A stretch of DNA of 64,000 bases from an uncultured delta proteobacterium (GTDB taxonomy: Bacteria; Desulfobacterota; RBG-13-43-22), in the NCBI GenBank assembly GCA_963743305.1, contig CAVUPH010000032.1, positions 1 to 64,000 of the forward strand. Direction: 5' to 3'. Made by a program: the position numbers and the translations under genes. Shown one piece after another: positions 20,473 to 29,882 of this stretch (positions are counted from its first letter, which is position 1; every line of letters begins with the position of its first letter). The notes below the pieces were generated by a model. It saw only the letters and a list, made by a program, of their open reading frames with translations, was not told where the DNA came from and ran no database searches.

Positions 20473-21999
20473 ATGAGCGAGCAAACCCATACGCAAGCTG
20501 GAAAGAACTATTTCCCGATCGTTTTGAGCGTTGCCTTCGCTTCGTTCATGGTGCGACTGAACAATTACGCAGTCAACGTCTCCCTGCCGGCTATGGCAGA
20601 ATACTTCGATGTAGGAACTGTTCAGATATCCCGGGTAGTCATGTCCTATCTCCTGATCGTCACCAGCACACTGCTCGTGTTCGGGAAACTTGGAGACAGA
20701 ATAGGATTGAAGAAGGTATTCCTTTTTGGGTATGGCGTCTTTGTCATCGGTTCATTGCTGAGCGGATTATCCTTCGGCATCCAAATGCTCATCGGCTCAA
20801 GGGTCATCCAGGGCATCGGGGGCGCCATGCTGCTCGCCACCAGTTTTGCGATTATCTCCAGGTTCATTCCAAAGGATAGGAGGGGATGGGCTTTCGGGAT
20901 TACATCAACTGCCTCAGCCCTTGGAGTTGCCACCGGTGCACCCCTGGGGGGTGTCATAACAGGGTATCTGTCATGGCACTGGGTCTTCTTTATCAATGTT
21001 CCCGTAGGGATATTAGCTGTTTTCGTTGCCGCCCGGAACATAGAAAAGGAGTTGCACCCGCCCACTCCCGCCTCGTTCCAGAGCCGAGTTGACGGATTCA
21101 AGAAACAGTCGGAGGTCGACGGAGGAAATCCGTCCTGCAGGGCCGGGAGTAAGGAACGGTTTGATTTCCCTGGGGCACTGTTCAGTTTTTTCGGACTTTC
21201 AGCGCTACTTTACGGAATCAGCATGGCCAAAGAACTGGGGTGGAGGTCTCCACTGATTATGGGATGCTTCCTTCTGGCCGTGGTACTCCTGGGCTTGCTT
21301 ATTTTACGGGAATTGAACTGCAGCAGTCCTCTGCTCGATCTTAGACTCTTCAAGAACATCAGGTTCAGCTTTGCCCTCTGCGCCACCTTCATGGCCTATA
21401 TGTTTATCACCGGGAATGCATTCATACTGCCCTTTTACCTGAAAACGACCAAGGGTCTGAACTCCCAGCAGATTGGGTTGGTACTGCTTGTCTATTCACT
21501 CATCTACGTTTTTATGTCATCGCGTGCCGGGAAACTTTCCGACAAAATGAGTCCCGTCACTCTCTGCGCCCTGGCCATGTCTTCCGCCACCGTTAATACC
21601 TTTATTTTTTCAGGAACATTACAGTTCCAGGGGCTTCTGTCTGTGTTTATCTTCCTTGTCTGGATGGGTTTTTCCTTCGTGTTCTTTTTCTCGCCCAATA
21701 ACAATCAGGTCATGCGATTCGCCCCCGTGAAACGGCAGGGCGTTGCCTCGGGGTTGTTCAACACTACCACGAATCTCGGTATGGTTTTCGGCGTGGCCCT
21801 ATTTGAATTGGTCTTTTCGTCATTCTCCGGAAACGTTTCACTCAAAACTGCCGGAATAGAGGCTACCGGTATTCAACGGATCTCGCTGCTCAGCGGATTT
21901 GAAGCAGTCTATCTCTTTGGGGGATTTGTCTGCCTGGGCGCCCTTGTCTTTTCCCTACTGATCAGGGGCCGGGCCAGGAAGGGCCAACCTGTGGCGTAG
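20473..21999 (+). CDS. MFS transporter, DHA2 (EmrB/QacA-like)
   Basis: VNVSLP, FGKLGDRIG.KK, RVIQGIGGA, WHWVFFINVPVG, PLLDLRLF; likely start ATG 20473. Confidence 0.92.
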   Translation: MSEQTHTQAGKNYFPIVLSVAFASFMVRLNNYAVNVSLPAMAEYFDVGTVQISRVVMSYLLIVTSTLLVFGKLGDRIGLKKVFLFGYGVFVIGSLLSGLSFGIQMLIGSRVIQGIGGAMLLATSFAIISRFIPKDRRGWAFGITSTASALGVATGAPLGGVITGYLSWHWVFFINVPVGILAVFVAARNIEKELHPPTPASFQSRVDGFKKQSEVDGGNPSCRAGSKERFDFPGALFSFFGLSALLYGISMAKELGWRSPLIMGCFLLAVVLLGLLILRELNCSSPLLDLRLFKNIRFSFALCATFMAYMFITGNAFILPFYLKTTKGLNSQQIGLVLLVYSLIYVFMSSRAGKLSDKMSPVTLCALAMSSATVNTFIFSGTLQFQGLLSVFIFLVWMGFSFVFFFSPNNNQVMRFAPVKRQGVASGLFNTTTNLGMVFGVALFELVFSSFSGNVSLKTAGIEATGIQRISLLSGFEAVYLFGGFVCLGALVFSLLIRGRARKGQPVA

Positions 22000-22102
22000 A
22001 GAAATGGGCATAGAGGACGTCTAGAAAATCGATCAGTCACTTGGATACTCGGTAAGGTGGGCCAAATACCATTCAGATGCAATTGAAAGGAGAGCTGCAA
22101 TA

Positions 22103-23614
22103 ATGCAACGACATGTTGAAACATCGTATCTGACGGTCCCAAACGGCCTGGTCTATTTGCCTGCCATTCAATCGTATGCGGAAAATATTGCCGAAGTAAT
22201 CGGCTTCCAAAAATCGGAGATACAGATGATTCTCCTCGCCCTGGAAGAGGCTGTCGTCAATGTGGTGAAGCACGCTTTCGAGCCTGACGAAAAAGCCACC
22301 TACCAGGTGATTTTTGACCCCGTATCTTCAGGATTGAGGATTATCATAAAGGAGAAAGGACTCCCTTTTGCGCCTAATCTGGTTTCTGAATACGTTGCGC
22401 CCACGGACGTCGAGGACGCGGTCGCGGGTCTTGGTTCATTCCTCATGAGAAAAAGCGTTGATGAGGTCGCTTACCACAACCTTGGAAGGGACGGCAAAGA
22501 GCTTCATCTCACAAAATACCTCCCGGCAAAAAGTATTACTGAATACCAGGACCCTTCAGAAATGACTCTTTTCCACAAACCATCCGCTGAAGAGAGTCTC
22601 CGCGCAGAGAAAAAAACGGTCCGGATCAGGCTGATGGAGCCTTCAGAATCCTTTGAGGTATCGAGACTTTTCTACCGGGCCTATGGCTACTCCTATGGCA
22701 TAGATTCCATATACTATCCTGACAGGTTTGAGCAACTTCATGAAGATGGCAGTATAATCTCCGTTGTGACGGTCACCGAGGACAATAGGATCGTCGGCCA
22801 CTTCGCTCTGGTAAAAGAGAACCCTCATAGTACGATTGCTGAAGCGGCCATGGCCGTTGTTCAGCCTGATTATCGCGGACAGGGATGCCAAAATGAAATG
22901 ATGGCCCGCCTCATGCAGGAAGCTCGCCGGGCAGGATTGCTCGCCGTGTTCAGCAAGGCCGTCACCAATCACATTTACGCCCAGAAAGCCGGCGAGAAAG
23001 CGGGCTTCAAGAGAGTGGCGATCATCGTTGCTCTGATCCCTGCGGACAGATCGTTCAAAGGCATACAGTCCGAGCTTACTCAACGGGAGTCCGTTGCCTA
23101 TGGATATTTCACGATAGCCAACCCGCCCGGGATTTCCGTGTACCCGCCCCGGCATCACAAGGCCTTCATAGAAGGTATATACAAGAACTTAGGGCTTGAC
23201 AGAATATTCAAAGAGGCCGAAGAGGAGGCGCCGGCAGGAGACAGGGAAGAGGCGTGCTTAGTAAAGACGAAGGTAATAGACGCCTATAACCGGGCGATTA
23301 TAGAGATCGAACGTTATGGTGATAATGTGGCCTCGGAAGTGAGGTCCACGCTGAAAGATCTGTGCCTGAAAAGGATCGATCAGATCACCCTGTATCTCAG
23401 CCTGGAAGATCCCCGCACGGGGCTGATGTGTGCAGAATTTGAGAAATTAGGGTTCTTTATTGCAGGGATACTCCCTTTCTCCCATGTGGGGGATGCCCTT
23501 ATACTACAGTATCTCAACAATGTACCCCTGGACTATTCGAAGATCCAGGTTGCTTCCGATACGGCACGGGAGATACTCGATTACCTAAAGGCCCGAGATC
23601 CCAACGTATCCTGA
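22103..23614 (+). CDS. RsbW-like HATPase fused to a GNAT acetyltransferase domain
   Basis: LALEEAVVNVVKHA, GLGSFLM...VDEV; GNAT motif VVQPDYRGQG. Confidence 0.85.
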   Translation: MQRHVETSYLTVPNGLVYLPAIQSYAENIAEVIGFQKSEIQMILLALEEAVVNVVKHAFEPDEKATYQVIFDPVSSGLRIIIKEKGLPFAPNLVSEYVAPTDVEDAVAGLGSFLMRKSVDEVAYHNLGRDGKELHLTKYLPAKSITEYQDPSEMTLFHKPSAEESLRAEKKTVRIRLMEPSESFEVSRLFYRAYGYSYGIDSIYYPDRFEQLHEDGSIISVVTVTEDNRIVGHFALVKENPHSTIAEAAMAVVQPDYRGQGCQNEMMARLMQEARRAGLLAVFSKAVTNHIYAQKAGEKAGFKRVAIIVALIPADRSFKGIQSELTQRESVAYGYFTIANPPGISVYPPRHHKAFIEGIYKNLGLDRIFKEAEEEAPAGDREEACLVKTKVIDAYNRAIIEIERYGDNVASEVRSTLKDLCLKRIDQITLYLSLEDPRTGLMCAEFEKLGFFIAGILPFSHVGDALILQYLNNVPLDYSKIQVASDTAREILDYLKARDPNVS

Positions 23615-23746
23615 TGATTGGCGTCCGTCCGGAAACTCCGGATGAAAAACGATCGGTTTCCGAATTCTAAAGGAAATACCGCCTTTGAAGGCTATGAATC
23701 TATGAGGGTTGAATTGTTTGTCGAAACTCTGATAAGGGGATGAAAG

Positions 23747-24922
23747 ATGGATGCTGTTAAGGCGGATCGGGCCGCAATGGATATAGCTGCGCAGTTCAAG
23801 AAGACCTCGCGGATGTTCTACATGGACAATCTGAGGCTTCTCTTCACGTTCCTGGTGATTCTGCATCACGTCTGCCTCACCTACGGCGCTCACAACGGCT
23901 GGTATTTTTACGAGTATCTATCTGACCCTTTCACGAACCTTGTTCTGAATATTACCATGGTCGTGAACCGGACCTGGGTGCTCGGGTGCTTTTTTATGAT
24001 AACAGGCTACTTCACTCCAGGTGCACTGGACAAGAAAGGCACGTGGAACTTTATGAAAGACCGCCTCGTCCGTATCGGGATTCCTCTTGTCCTATTCTCG
24101 TTCCTCGTCCGTCCGAGCATTGTCTATATGGTGAAGCGTGATGTTTTATCACACCAGTACACGTATCTGGAAAATATCTTGCTGATGAAAAATGTTGCGC
24201 CGGGGCCGGCCTGGTTTCTGGAGGTGCTCTTAGTCTTTTCTCTTATCTATGCCTTGTGGAGATACGCCAGGAGAGTTCTCCCTGCAGGAGAATCCGCACC
24301 TTTGCCCTTTCCGGGCAACCGTACCATCCTGCTTTCCATTATTGCGCTCGCTGCCTTTACATTCGCGCTCCGCATCTTTCTCCCGACAGAAAAACAGATA
24401 TTTCATTTACGGCTCGGAAATTATGGAGAATACGTCGCGTTTTTTGGCGCAGGGGTCGTCGCCTACCGGCACCAATGGCTCGATAAGATCACAGGCGCGA
24501 TAGGCAGGCAATGGACGATCATTACCGCAGCCGCCGTTTGCGCTTACACCTTCTTTGTTGTTTTCGCCTGGAGCTCAGATATGAGCCTCTCCTTTTTCAG
24601 GGGTGGCTTATCCGTGAAGACGCTTGTCGTGACGTACGTGGGCACCTTCATTGCGGTCGGGAGCAACATCAGCCTCGTCTACCTCTTCAGGAAATATTTC
24701 AATCACCAGCCGGGCGTCATAAAAACGATGGGGCGGGATGCCTATGCCGTCTTCATCTTCCATGCCCCCATTATCGTCACCTTGAGCATTCTCCTACAGG
24801 GTCGGTCCTTAATACATCCTTTTATGAAGTTTGTTTCAGTCTTTATTTTCGGGACCGCGCTCTGCTTCCTCACGTGCCGCTACGTCATAAGAAGGCTCCC
24901 TTATGCGCAGAAGGTGCTCTGA
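23747..24922 (+). CDS. Acyltransferase family 3 (OpgC-like) membrane protein
   Basis: DNLR...LVILHH, FFMITGYF, DRLVRIGIP, GPAWFL, YAVFIFH. Confidence 0.88.
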   Translation: MDAVKADRAAMDIAAQFKKTSRMFYMDNLRLLFTFLVILHHVCLTYGAHNGWYFYEYLSDPFTNLVLNITMVVNRTWVLGCFFMITGYFTPGALDKKGTWNFMKDRLVRIGIPLVLFSFLVRPSIVYMVKRDVLSHQYTYLENILLMKNVAPGPAWFLEVLLVFSLIYALWRYARRVLPAGESAPLPFPGNRTILLSIIALAAFTFALRIFLPTEKQIFHLRLGNYGEYVAFFGAGVVAYRHQWLDKITGAIGRQWTIITAAAVCAYTFFVVFAWSSDMSLSFFRGGLSVKTLVVTYVGTFIAVGSNISLVYLFRKYFNHQPGVIKTMGRDAYAVFIFHAPIIVTLSILLQGRSLIHPFMKFVSVFIFGTALCFLTCRYVIRRLPYAQKVL

Positions 24923-25061
24923 GGCGGGTCTTTATCCGGGGAACCTTGAACTGTGAACAATTCACAATGCTTTATTGGGGTTTTGTGTTAAGCGGCTTGG
25001 CCGCTTGAACGACGGGTCGGGCAGCTTTCTATTTTTAAGGGGAGCTATCCTATTGCCCATC

Positions 25062-25445
25062 TCACTGTTTGACCAGTTCTACCCGACGGTTTTTCGCCCT
25101 GCCGATCTCCGTGTCGTTTGGCGCGACCGGAGCCAAAGAGGCAATGCCATAAGACTTCAGACGGGCGGCGGCTATCCCGTATTTTCCAACCAGCGCATTC
25201 ATTACCGCCTCAGCCCGGGCCTGGGAGAGTTTCATGTTCGCGTCCAGGCCGCCCGCATTATCCGTGTGGCCGACTACATGGACTTTCAATCCGGCATCGG
25301 CCTTTAGCAGTTTTCCGATTTCGCCCAGGGCCGCATCCGACTCAGGCTTGACCACGGACTTGCCGGTGTCGAAATAAATGCCATAGATAGCGGCATGTCC
25401 CGTGATCCGGATGTCGTTCGAGAAAACGTCGGCGTTCGCCGTTAA
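25062..25445 (-). pseudogene. OmpA-family C-terminal fragment (5' truncated)
   Basis: IYFDTGKS, VGHTD, LSQARAEAV, GRAKNRRVEL; no plausible start or signal peptide, and it abuts the two-CW gene stop. Confidence 0.75.
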
Positions 25446-25449
25446 TTTT

Positions 25450-25887
25450 CTATTTCTTCGTGGGCAAAGCATGTCGAAAATCCTGTCCCTCTTGACGCCT
25501 CACATAGCTGTAGAACTCGCAGTCTACGCAGGAGGCTATTTTCTCGGCATAAATACCTTGCACTCTGCCTCCGCATAGCGTTCCGGCAAGTGCCCAGCAG
25601 ACTCTCCCTCCTTTTTCGCCTCTGTTGATGCCTTCAACTTTCTCCATTCCCGCGGCCATGCATATTCCAAGCTCAGACACTTTTGGACCACCAGGTTCAC
25701 GGCCACACTTTTTGAATTCCCAACAATTCAGGCGGCGAATCAAAGACGTATGACCAGGAGGCTTTGACTCCGCGTCATGACTATTCTGCTCAAGCTGGAG
25801 AACCCTTGATTCGAGCTTAGAATTTGCTTTCTTGAGTTTCTCGACTTCTTTCTCCAGTTCCAAAATCTTCTGAATCCAATCATTCAT
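25450..25887 (-). CDS. Coiled-coil plus two-CW (Cys-rich) domain protein
   Basis: LNCWEFKKCGREPGG...CWALAGTLCGG.VQG....KIASCVDCEFY. Confidence 0.8.
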   Translation of the reverse strand: MNDWIQKILELEKEVEKLKKANSKLESRVLQLEQNSHDAESKPPGHTSLIRRLNCWEFKKCGREPGGPKVSELGICMAAGMEKVEGINRGEKGGRVCWALAGTLCGGRVQGIYAEKIASCVDCEFYSYVRRQEGQDFRHALPTKK

Positions 25888-25921
25888 CTATACAATGCCC
25901 CGCTTTCACTTGTCCTATTTC

Positions 25922-25979
25922 TGCACACGAAAAGCTCGTCGGCAGCGTTCATGCTGTCCGTTGGAGCGACGGCTTATGT
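25922..25979 (-). mobile_element. attC-like site 3 (degenerate)
   Basis: ACATAAG-CCGTC-GCTCCAACGGACAGC..GCTGCCGACGAGC-TTTTC-GTGTGCA; shares GAGCTTTTCGT with site 1. Confidence 0.65.
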
Positions 25980-26065
25980 TTTTCATTTTTAGTGAGATCA
26001 GAGACGAGCTTCTCCAAAGCACCCACGGTATGAGTACCCGGTTATAGGCGCCGTCGTCTTGAGGC

Positions 26066-26491
26066 TCATGATGCCTGCGGCAGACTGTGCCGCCAGATGC
26101 GGCACTGCTTGCACAAGCCGCCCTCGAACTCGGCTTTCAACACGCCGTCGAGGACCAGCCGAGGCAGTGGATCGCCCGGCTTTCGGGCCACGAGGTTCGT
26201 ACCGGTGGATTTGGCCCAGATTTGAAAGAGCTCCTCGGACGCCACTTGGTAAGTGGTGTGCCAATGGGCGATGCCACCGGCCGGTGTGGACGCCAGGACC
26301 TCGTAAGTGACGTGCACGTCCTCTTGCAGCTTCACGCGCCGCCAGTAGTCGGCAAGCTGCGTAAAGCCCCGCTGAACGGCAAAGGGAGTGTTGTGGTATT
26401 CGCCATCTTCAGCGAAGAGGGCGGCAAACATGGACTCATCGCCTTGCTCCCAGGCGGCCTTGTAATCTTGCATGAACTCCTCGATGTTCAT
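26066..26491 (-). CDS. SnoaL/NTF2-like protein (cassette gene)
   Basis: YKAAWEQGD...ALFAEDGEY, WHTTY; AAGGAG RBS before ATG 26491. Confidence 0.82.
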   Translation of the reverse strand: MNIEEFMQDYKAAWEQGDESMFAALFAEDGEYHNTPFAVQRGFTQLADYWRRVKLQEDVHVTYEVLASTPAGGIAHWHTTYQVASEELFQIWAKSTGTNLVARKPGDPLPRLVLDGVLKAEFEGGLCKQCRIWRHSLPQAS

Positions 26492-26512
26492 AGTGCTCCT
26501 TTCGTGTTCTGA

Positions 26513-26602
26513 GGCTAATGCGGCGTTGACCCGTGGCACGCAGTTTGCGGGGCCCAGGTCCAAGCGAGCAAGTGCCATCGGTGTCCAATGGCCTGGTTGG
26601 TG
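26513..26602 (-). mobile_element. attC-like site 2
   Basis: CACCAAC-CAGGC-CATTGGACACCGATGGCAC...GTGCCACGGGTCAACGCCGC-ATTAGCC with extrahelical bases. Confidence 0.7.
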
Positions 26603-26673
26603 CCGCCTGCGGCGGCGTCAGCCGGGACATGGACCCAACAAGGTCAACGCCGCATTGGCGACTCGGCAGGATG

Positions 26674-26737
26674 CACCAACGAAAAGCTCACCGGGAAGCT
26701 CGGTTTTCGGGCGATCCGGTGGAACGCCTTGTTGGGC
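26674..26737 (-). mobile_element. attC site 1
   Basis: R'' GCCCAAC, AAGGC, L'' GTTC(C)ACCG pairs with L' CGGTGAGC, TTTTC, R' GTTGGTG. Confidence 0.85.
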
Positions 26738-26954
26738 GCGTTGATTTTCGGGCTAGATCGATCAGTGAAATAAGAGCATCGTTAACCGCTTCTTCATTTG
26801 GAAATACCTTTGCGACTTCCGGTTTAAGGACGATGATATTCGATTCTTCTTTCATACGTTTTGAATATTTGCCCCGTACCAGACCCCCCGGAAAATCAGA
26901 CCGCTTATACTCCTGCCGCAGTTCGTCTTTAACAATTTTTTTATCCTTCTTCAT
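26688..26954 (-). CDS. Probable antitoxin (BrnA-like) partner
   Basis: DELRQEY, VRGKY, IVLKPEVAKVFPNEEAVNDAL; overlaps the brnT-like stop and ends inside attC. Confidence 0.8.
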   Translation of the reverse strand: MKKDKKIVKDELRQEYKRSDFPGGLVRGKYSKRMKEESNIIVLKPEVAKVFPNEEAVNDALISLIDLARKSTRPTRRSTGSPENRASR

Positions 26955-27213
26955 AGAGTTCTTGTTCTCCTTTGCCTGCTTTGCGAGCGGAAATGATTCT
27001 AATGTTTTGGCCCTGTTCGGTGTGAGATACCACCAGAAGCCGCCCTCTTTTAGAAACGCCAAAGGTAATAAACCGTTCTTCGGAAATTGAATGATCAGGA
27101 TCAAAACCGGTCACTGCACAAGGATCACTAAGGGCAGTGGTCGCTTCTTCGAAAGAAACCTTGTGCTTCCTAAGATTTACACCGGCCTTGATTGGGTCCC
27201 ATTCGATTTTCAT
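26941..27213 (-). CDS. BrnT family toxin
   Basis: EWDPIKAGVNLRKHKVSFEEA, EERFITFG, IRIISARKA. Confidence 0.92.
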   Translation of the reverse strand: MKIEWDPIKAGVNLRKHKVSFEEATTALSDPCAVTGFDPDHSISEERFITFGVSKRGRLLVVSHTEQGQNIRIISARKAGKGEQELYEEG

Positions 27214-27335
27214 GATTATCTGATTATATCATCTTCCTGGGCTTATGTCCGGAGTTTTAATCATTCGATACCCAACGAGGAATTGAGATAATGAGGGGTG
27301 CCATTTCCCAACAATACGAACAGACTTCAAGCTTC

Positions 27336-28373
27336 TCAGGGTCCGGTCCAGCGGGCGTGAAGCTGGCCGCAGGCGGCGGAGATATCGCTCCCTTTGCTCC
27401 GGCGGATGATGACTGTGTAGTGGCGGTGGATCAGGGCTTCCTGGAAGGCCAGGAGCCGCTGCTCCGTGGGCGGCCGGAATTCGGAGCCTTCGTGGGGATT
27501 GAAGGGGATCAGATTGATCTTGGCCTTGACCCCCTGAAGCAGGTCCGCCAGTTTTTTGGCCGACTGGAGGGAGTCGTTGATTCCTTCCAGGAGTATATAT
27601 TCGAAGGTAATCCGCTGCCGCGCGGCAAGCGGATAGGAGCGGCAGGCCGCGATCAAGTCCCGGAGCGGGTAGCGGCGGTTGACCGGCATGAGCAGGCTGC
27701 GGGTGGCGTCGTCGGCGGCATTTAAAGACACGGCCAGGCCCACCGGTGACTGCTCTCCCAGGATCTTCATCTCCGGAATCAACCCGGCCGTGGACAGGGT
27801 CACGTGCCGGTAGGACATCTGCAACCCCATGGGGTCCAACAGGATGTGCAAGGCCCGGAGCGTATTTTTAAAATTGGCCAGCGGCTCCCCCATGCCCATC
27901 AGGACCACGTTGGTCAACTGAATGGGGTCGCCCGCCAGATGACCTTTTACCGTGCGCACCTGGTTGACGATTTCCGCCGCGCTCAAATTCCGGCGCAGGC
28001 CGATCCGGCCGGTATGACAAAAACGGCACCCCTGGGCGCAGCCGACCTGGGAGGAAATGCACAGGGTGTAATGGCCCCGTTCCGGGATCAGGACGCTTTC
28101 GATCCGTTCCCCGTCTTCCAGGTCCCACAAAAATTTTCGGGTCCCGTCCCGGGAGGTTTCAATCTCCCGGGCCGTCAACCGGCTCAGAAAGGCTTCTTCT
28201 TCCAGTTTGGCCCGCCATTTTTTCGCCAAATTGGTAATCTGGTCAATGGTTTCTATCCCGGGCGACTGGATCCACTGAAAAATCTGGTCCCCCCGGTAGG
28301 GTTCGAGTCCCCGTTCCATCACCCAGGCCTTCAATTCCTGGCGGGTCATGTTTCTTAAATCGATTCGTTCCAT
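27336..28373 (-). CDS. rlmN: 23S rRNA m2A2503 radical SAM methyltransferase
   Basis: SSQVGCAQGCRFC, MGMGEP, NLIPFN, DISAACGQL; likely start ATG 28373. Confidence 0.95.
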   Translation of the reverse strand: MERIDLRNMTRQELKAWVMERGLEPYRGDQIFQWIQSPGIETIDQITNLAKKWRAKLEEEAFLSRLTAREIETSRDGTRKFLWDLEDGERIESVLIPERGHYTLCISSQVGCAQGCRFCHTGRIGLRRNLSAAEIVNQVRTVKGHLAGDPIQLTNVVLMGMGEPLANFKNTLRALHILLDPMGLQMSYRHVTLSTAGLIPEMKILGEQSPVGLAVSLNAADDATRSLLMPVNRRYPLRDLIAACRSYPLAARQRITFEYILLEGINDSLQSAKKLADLLQGVKAKINLIPFNPHEGSEFRPPTEQRLLAFQEALIHRHYTVIIRRSKGSDISAACGQLHARWTGP

Positions 28374-28444
28374 ATTTTCATGCTTTGGGGTGGACGGTCT
28401 GGCCAAAAACGTTTCTTGCAGGGACAGCTTTAAACTACGGTTAT

Positions 28445-28539
28445 CCCCCTCACCCCAAACGTTCGGCTGAGCAGTTCGGCCCTGAGCTCACTGCCGAAGG
28501 GCTCACGTCGAGGCCCTCTCCCACGTCGAGGAGAGGGGG
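28445..28539. repeat. Nested palindromic REP-like repeats
   Basis: CCCCTCACCCC...CCCTCTCCC-N7-GGAGAGGG interrupted by TTCGGC/TGAGC...GCTCA/GCCGAA palindromes. Confidence 0.65.
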
Positions 28540-28590
28540 CCTTAGGGAACGGCCTGTTGGTCTTCTGTTTCAGTTGGTGAAGACTTCGGG

Positions 28591-29839
28591 TCAAATTCGA
28601 ACCCTTTCAGCCGCGCAGGTACCGGCCAGCCAGCCGGTGGAAAAAGCCGCCTGCAGGTTAAACCCTCCGGTCCGGCCTTGAATATCCAGGACCTCCCCGC
28701 AGAGAAATAAATTCTTTATCTTTTTGGATTCCAGGGTGCGCGGGATCCACTTCTTTCAGGGCAATTCCCCCGGCCGTTATTATGGCCTCCTCCAGGGGAC
28801 GATGCCCCTGGATGGTGAGACGGAAATCGGTCAATAAATTCTTGATTCGGTGCCGTTCAGCGGAGGTGATTTGATTACCTTTCTTCTCCGCCGGAACATC
28901 CGCCCGGGATAAAAAAACCGGGATCATCCGCGAGGGAAGCAAGTTTTTCATGACCGACCCGGCCCCCTTTAAGGAATTTTCCTGAAATTCCTTTCTCAAT
29001 CTCAGGTCGATCTGTTCCGCCGTTAAGGCCGGTTTCAAATTCAAGGAAACTTCCACTTTCCCTTTGGGCAGTCCATCAACGGCCCGGCCGCTCAGGGTCA
29101 GGATAATCGGGCCCGACAGGCCGAAATGGGTAAAAATCATCTCCCCGAATTCCGATTGATCTTTCACCCCATTAAAATAAAGGGTGGCTTGGACATTCTT
29201 TAAGGACAGGCCCTGAAGTCCGGGGACCCAATCTTCCACCGTGACCAGGGGAATGAGATAAGGTCTGATGGGAATAATGGTGTGGCCCAGCGACTTCGCC
29301 AAGCGATAGCCGTCTCCGCTGGACCCGGTCTGGGGATAAGAGGCCCCTCCGGTAGCCAGGACCACCGCTTGGGTCTCAAAAAACCGCCCCCGGGACCAGA
29401 CCCCCTTAACCGCGCCATCCTCAATCTCGATTTTCTCGACCGGGTGTTCTTTGCTGATCCTGACCCGGCCCTGTTGCCCGTAACGCAGGAGGGCGGAAAC
29501 CAGGTCCAGGGCCCGGTCCGAGACCGGGAAGACCCGCTGACCCCGCTCCACGGCCAAGGGGACACCCTGGCCTTCAAAAAAGTCCATCAGTTCCTGCGTG
29601 AAAAACCGGGCGAAACAATTGCGCAGGAATTTTCCATCCGGAAAATAACTCTCGATGAAGGTTTGGATATCTACCTGGTTGGTCAGGTTCCCCCGTCCTT
29701 TCCCGGCAATACCCAACTTCAGGCCCAGGCGAGGCATCTTTTCCAGCAGGAGAACCCGGGCGCCTATTTCCGCTGCCCGCCCGGCGGCCATCAGCCCCGA
29801 AGCGCCCCCGCCGATAACGATTACATCCTGGGCGGACAT
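28591..29839 (-). CDS. HI0933/YhiN family flavoprotein; frameshift near 28740
   Basis: [36 protein letters not shown]; shifted tail [36 protein letters not shown]. Confidence 0.92.
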
Positions 29840-29882
29840 GGAGCAACTCGCCCGGCGAATTGAAAGAAACGTCTTTTTAGGG

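Noticed and set aside
27277-27335. attI site between rlmN and the first cassette
   Set aside because: A second GTTGGG direct repeat is present, but there is no adjacent integrase and attI has no usable consensus, so it cannot be supported
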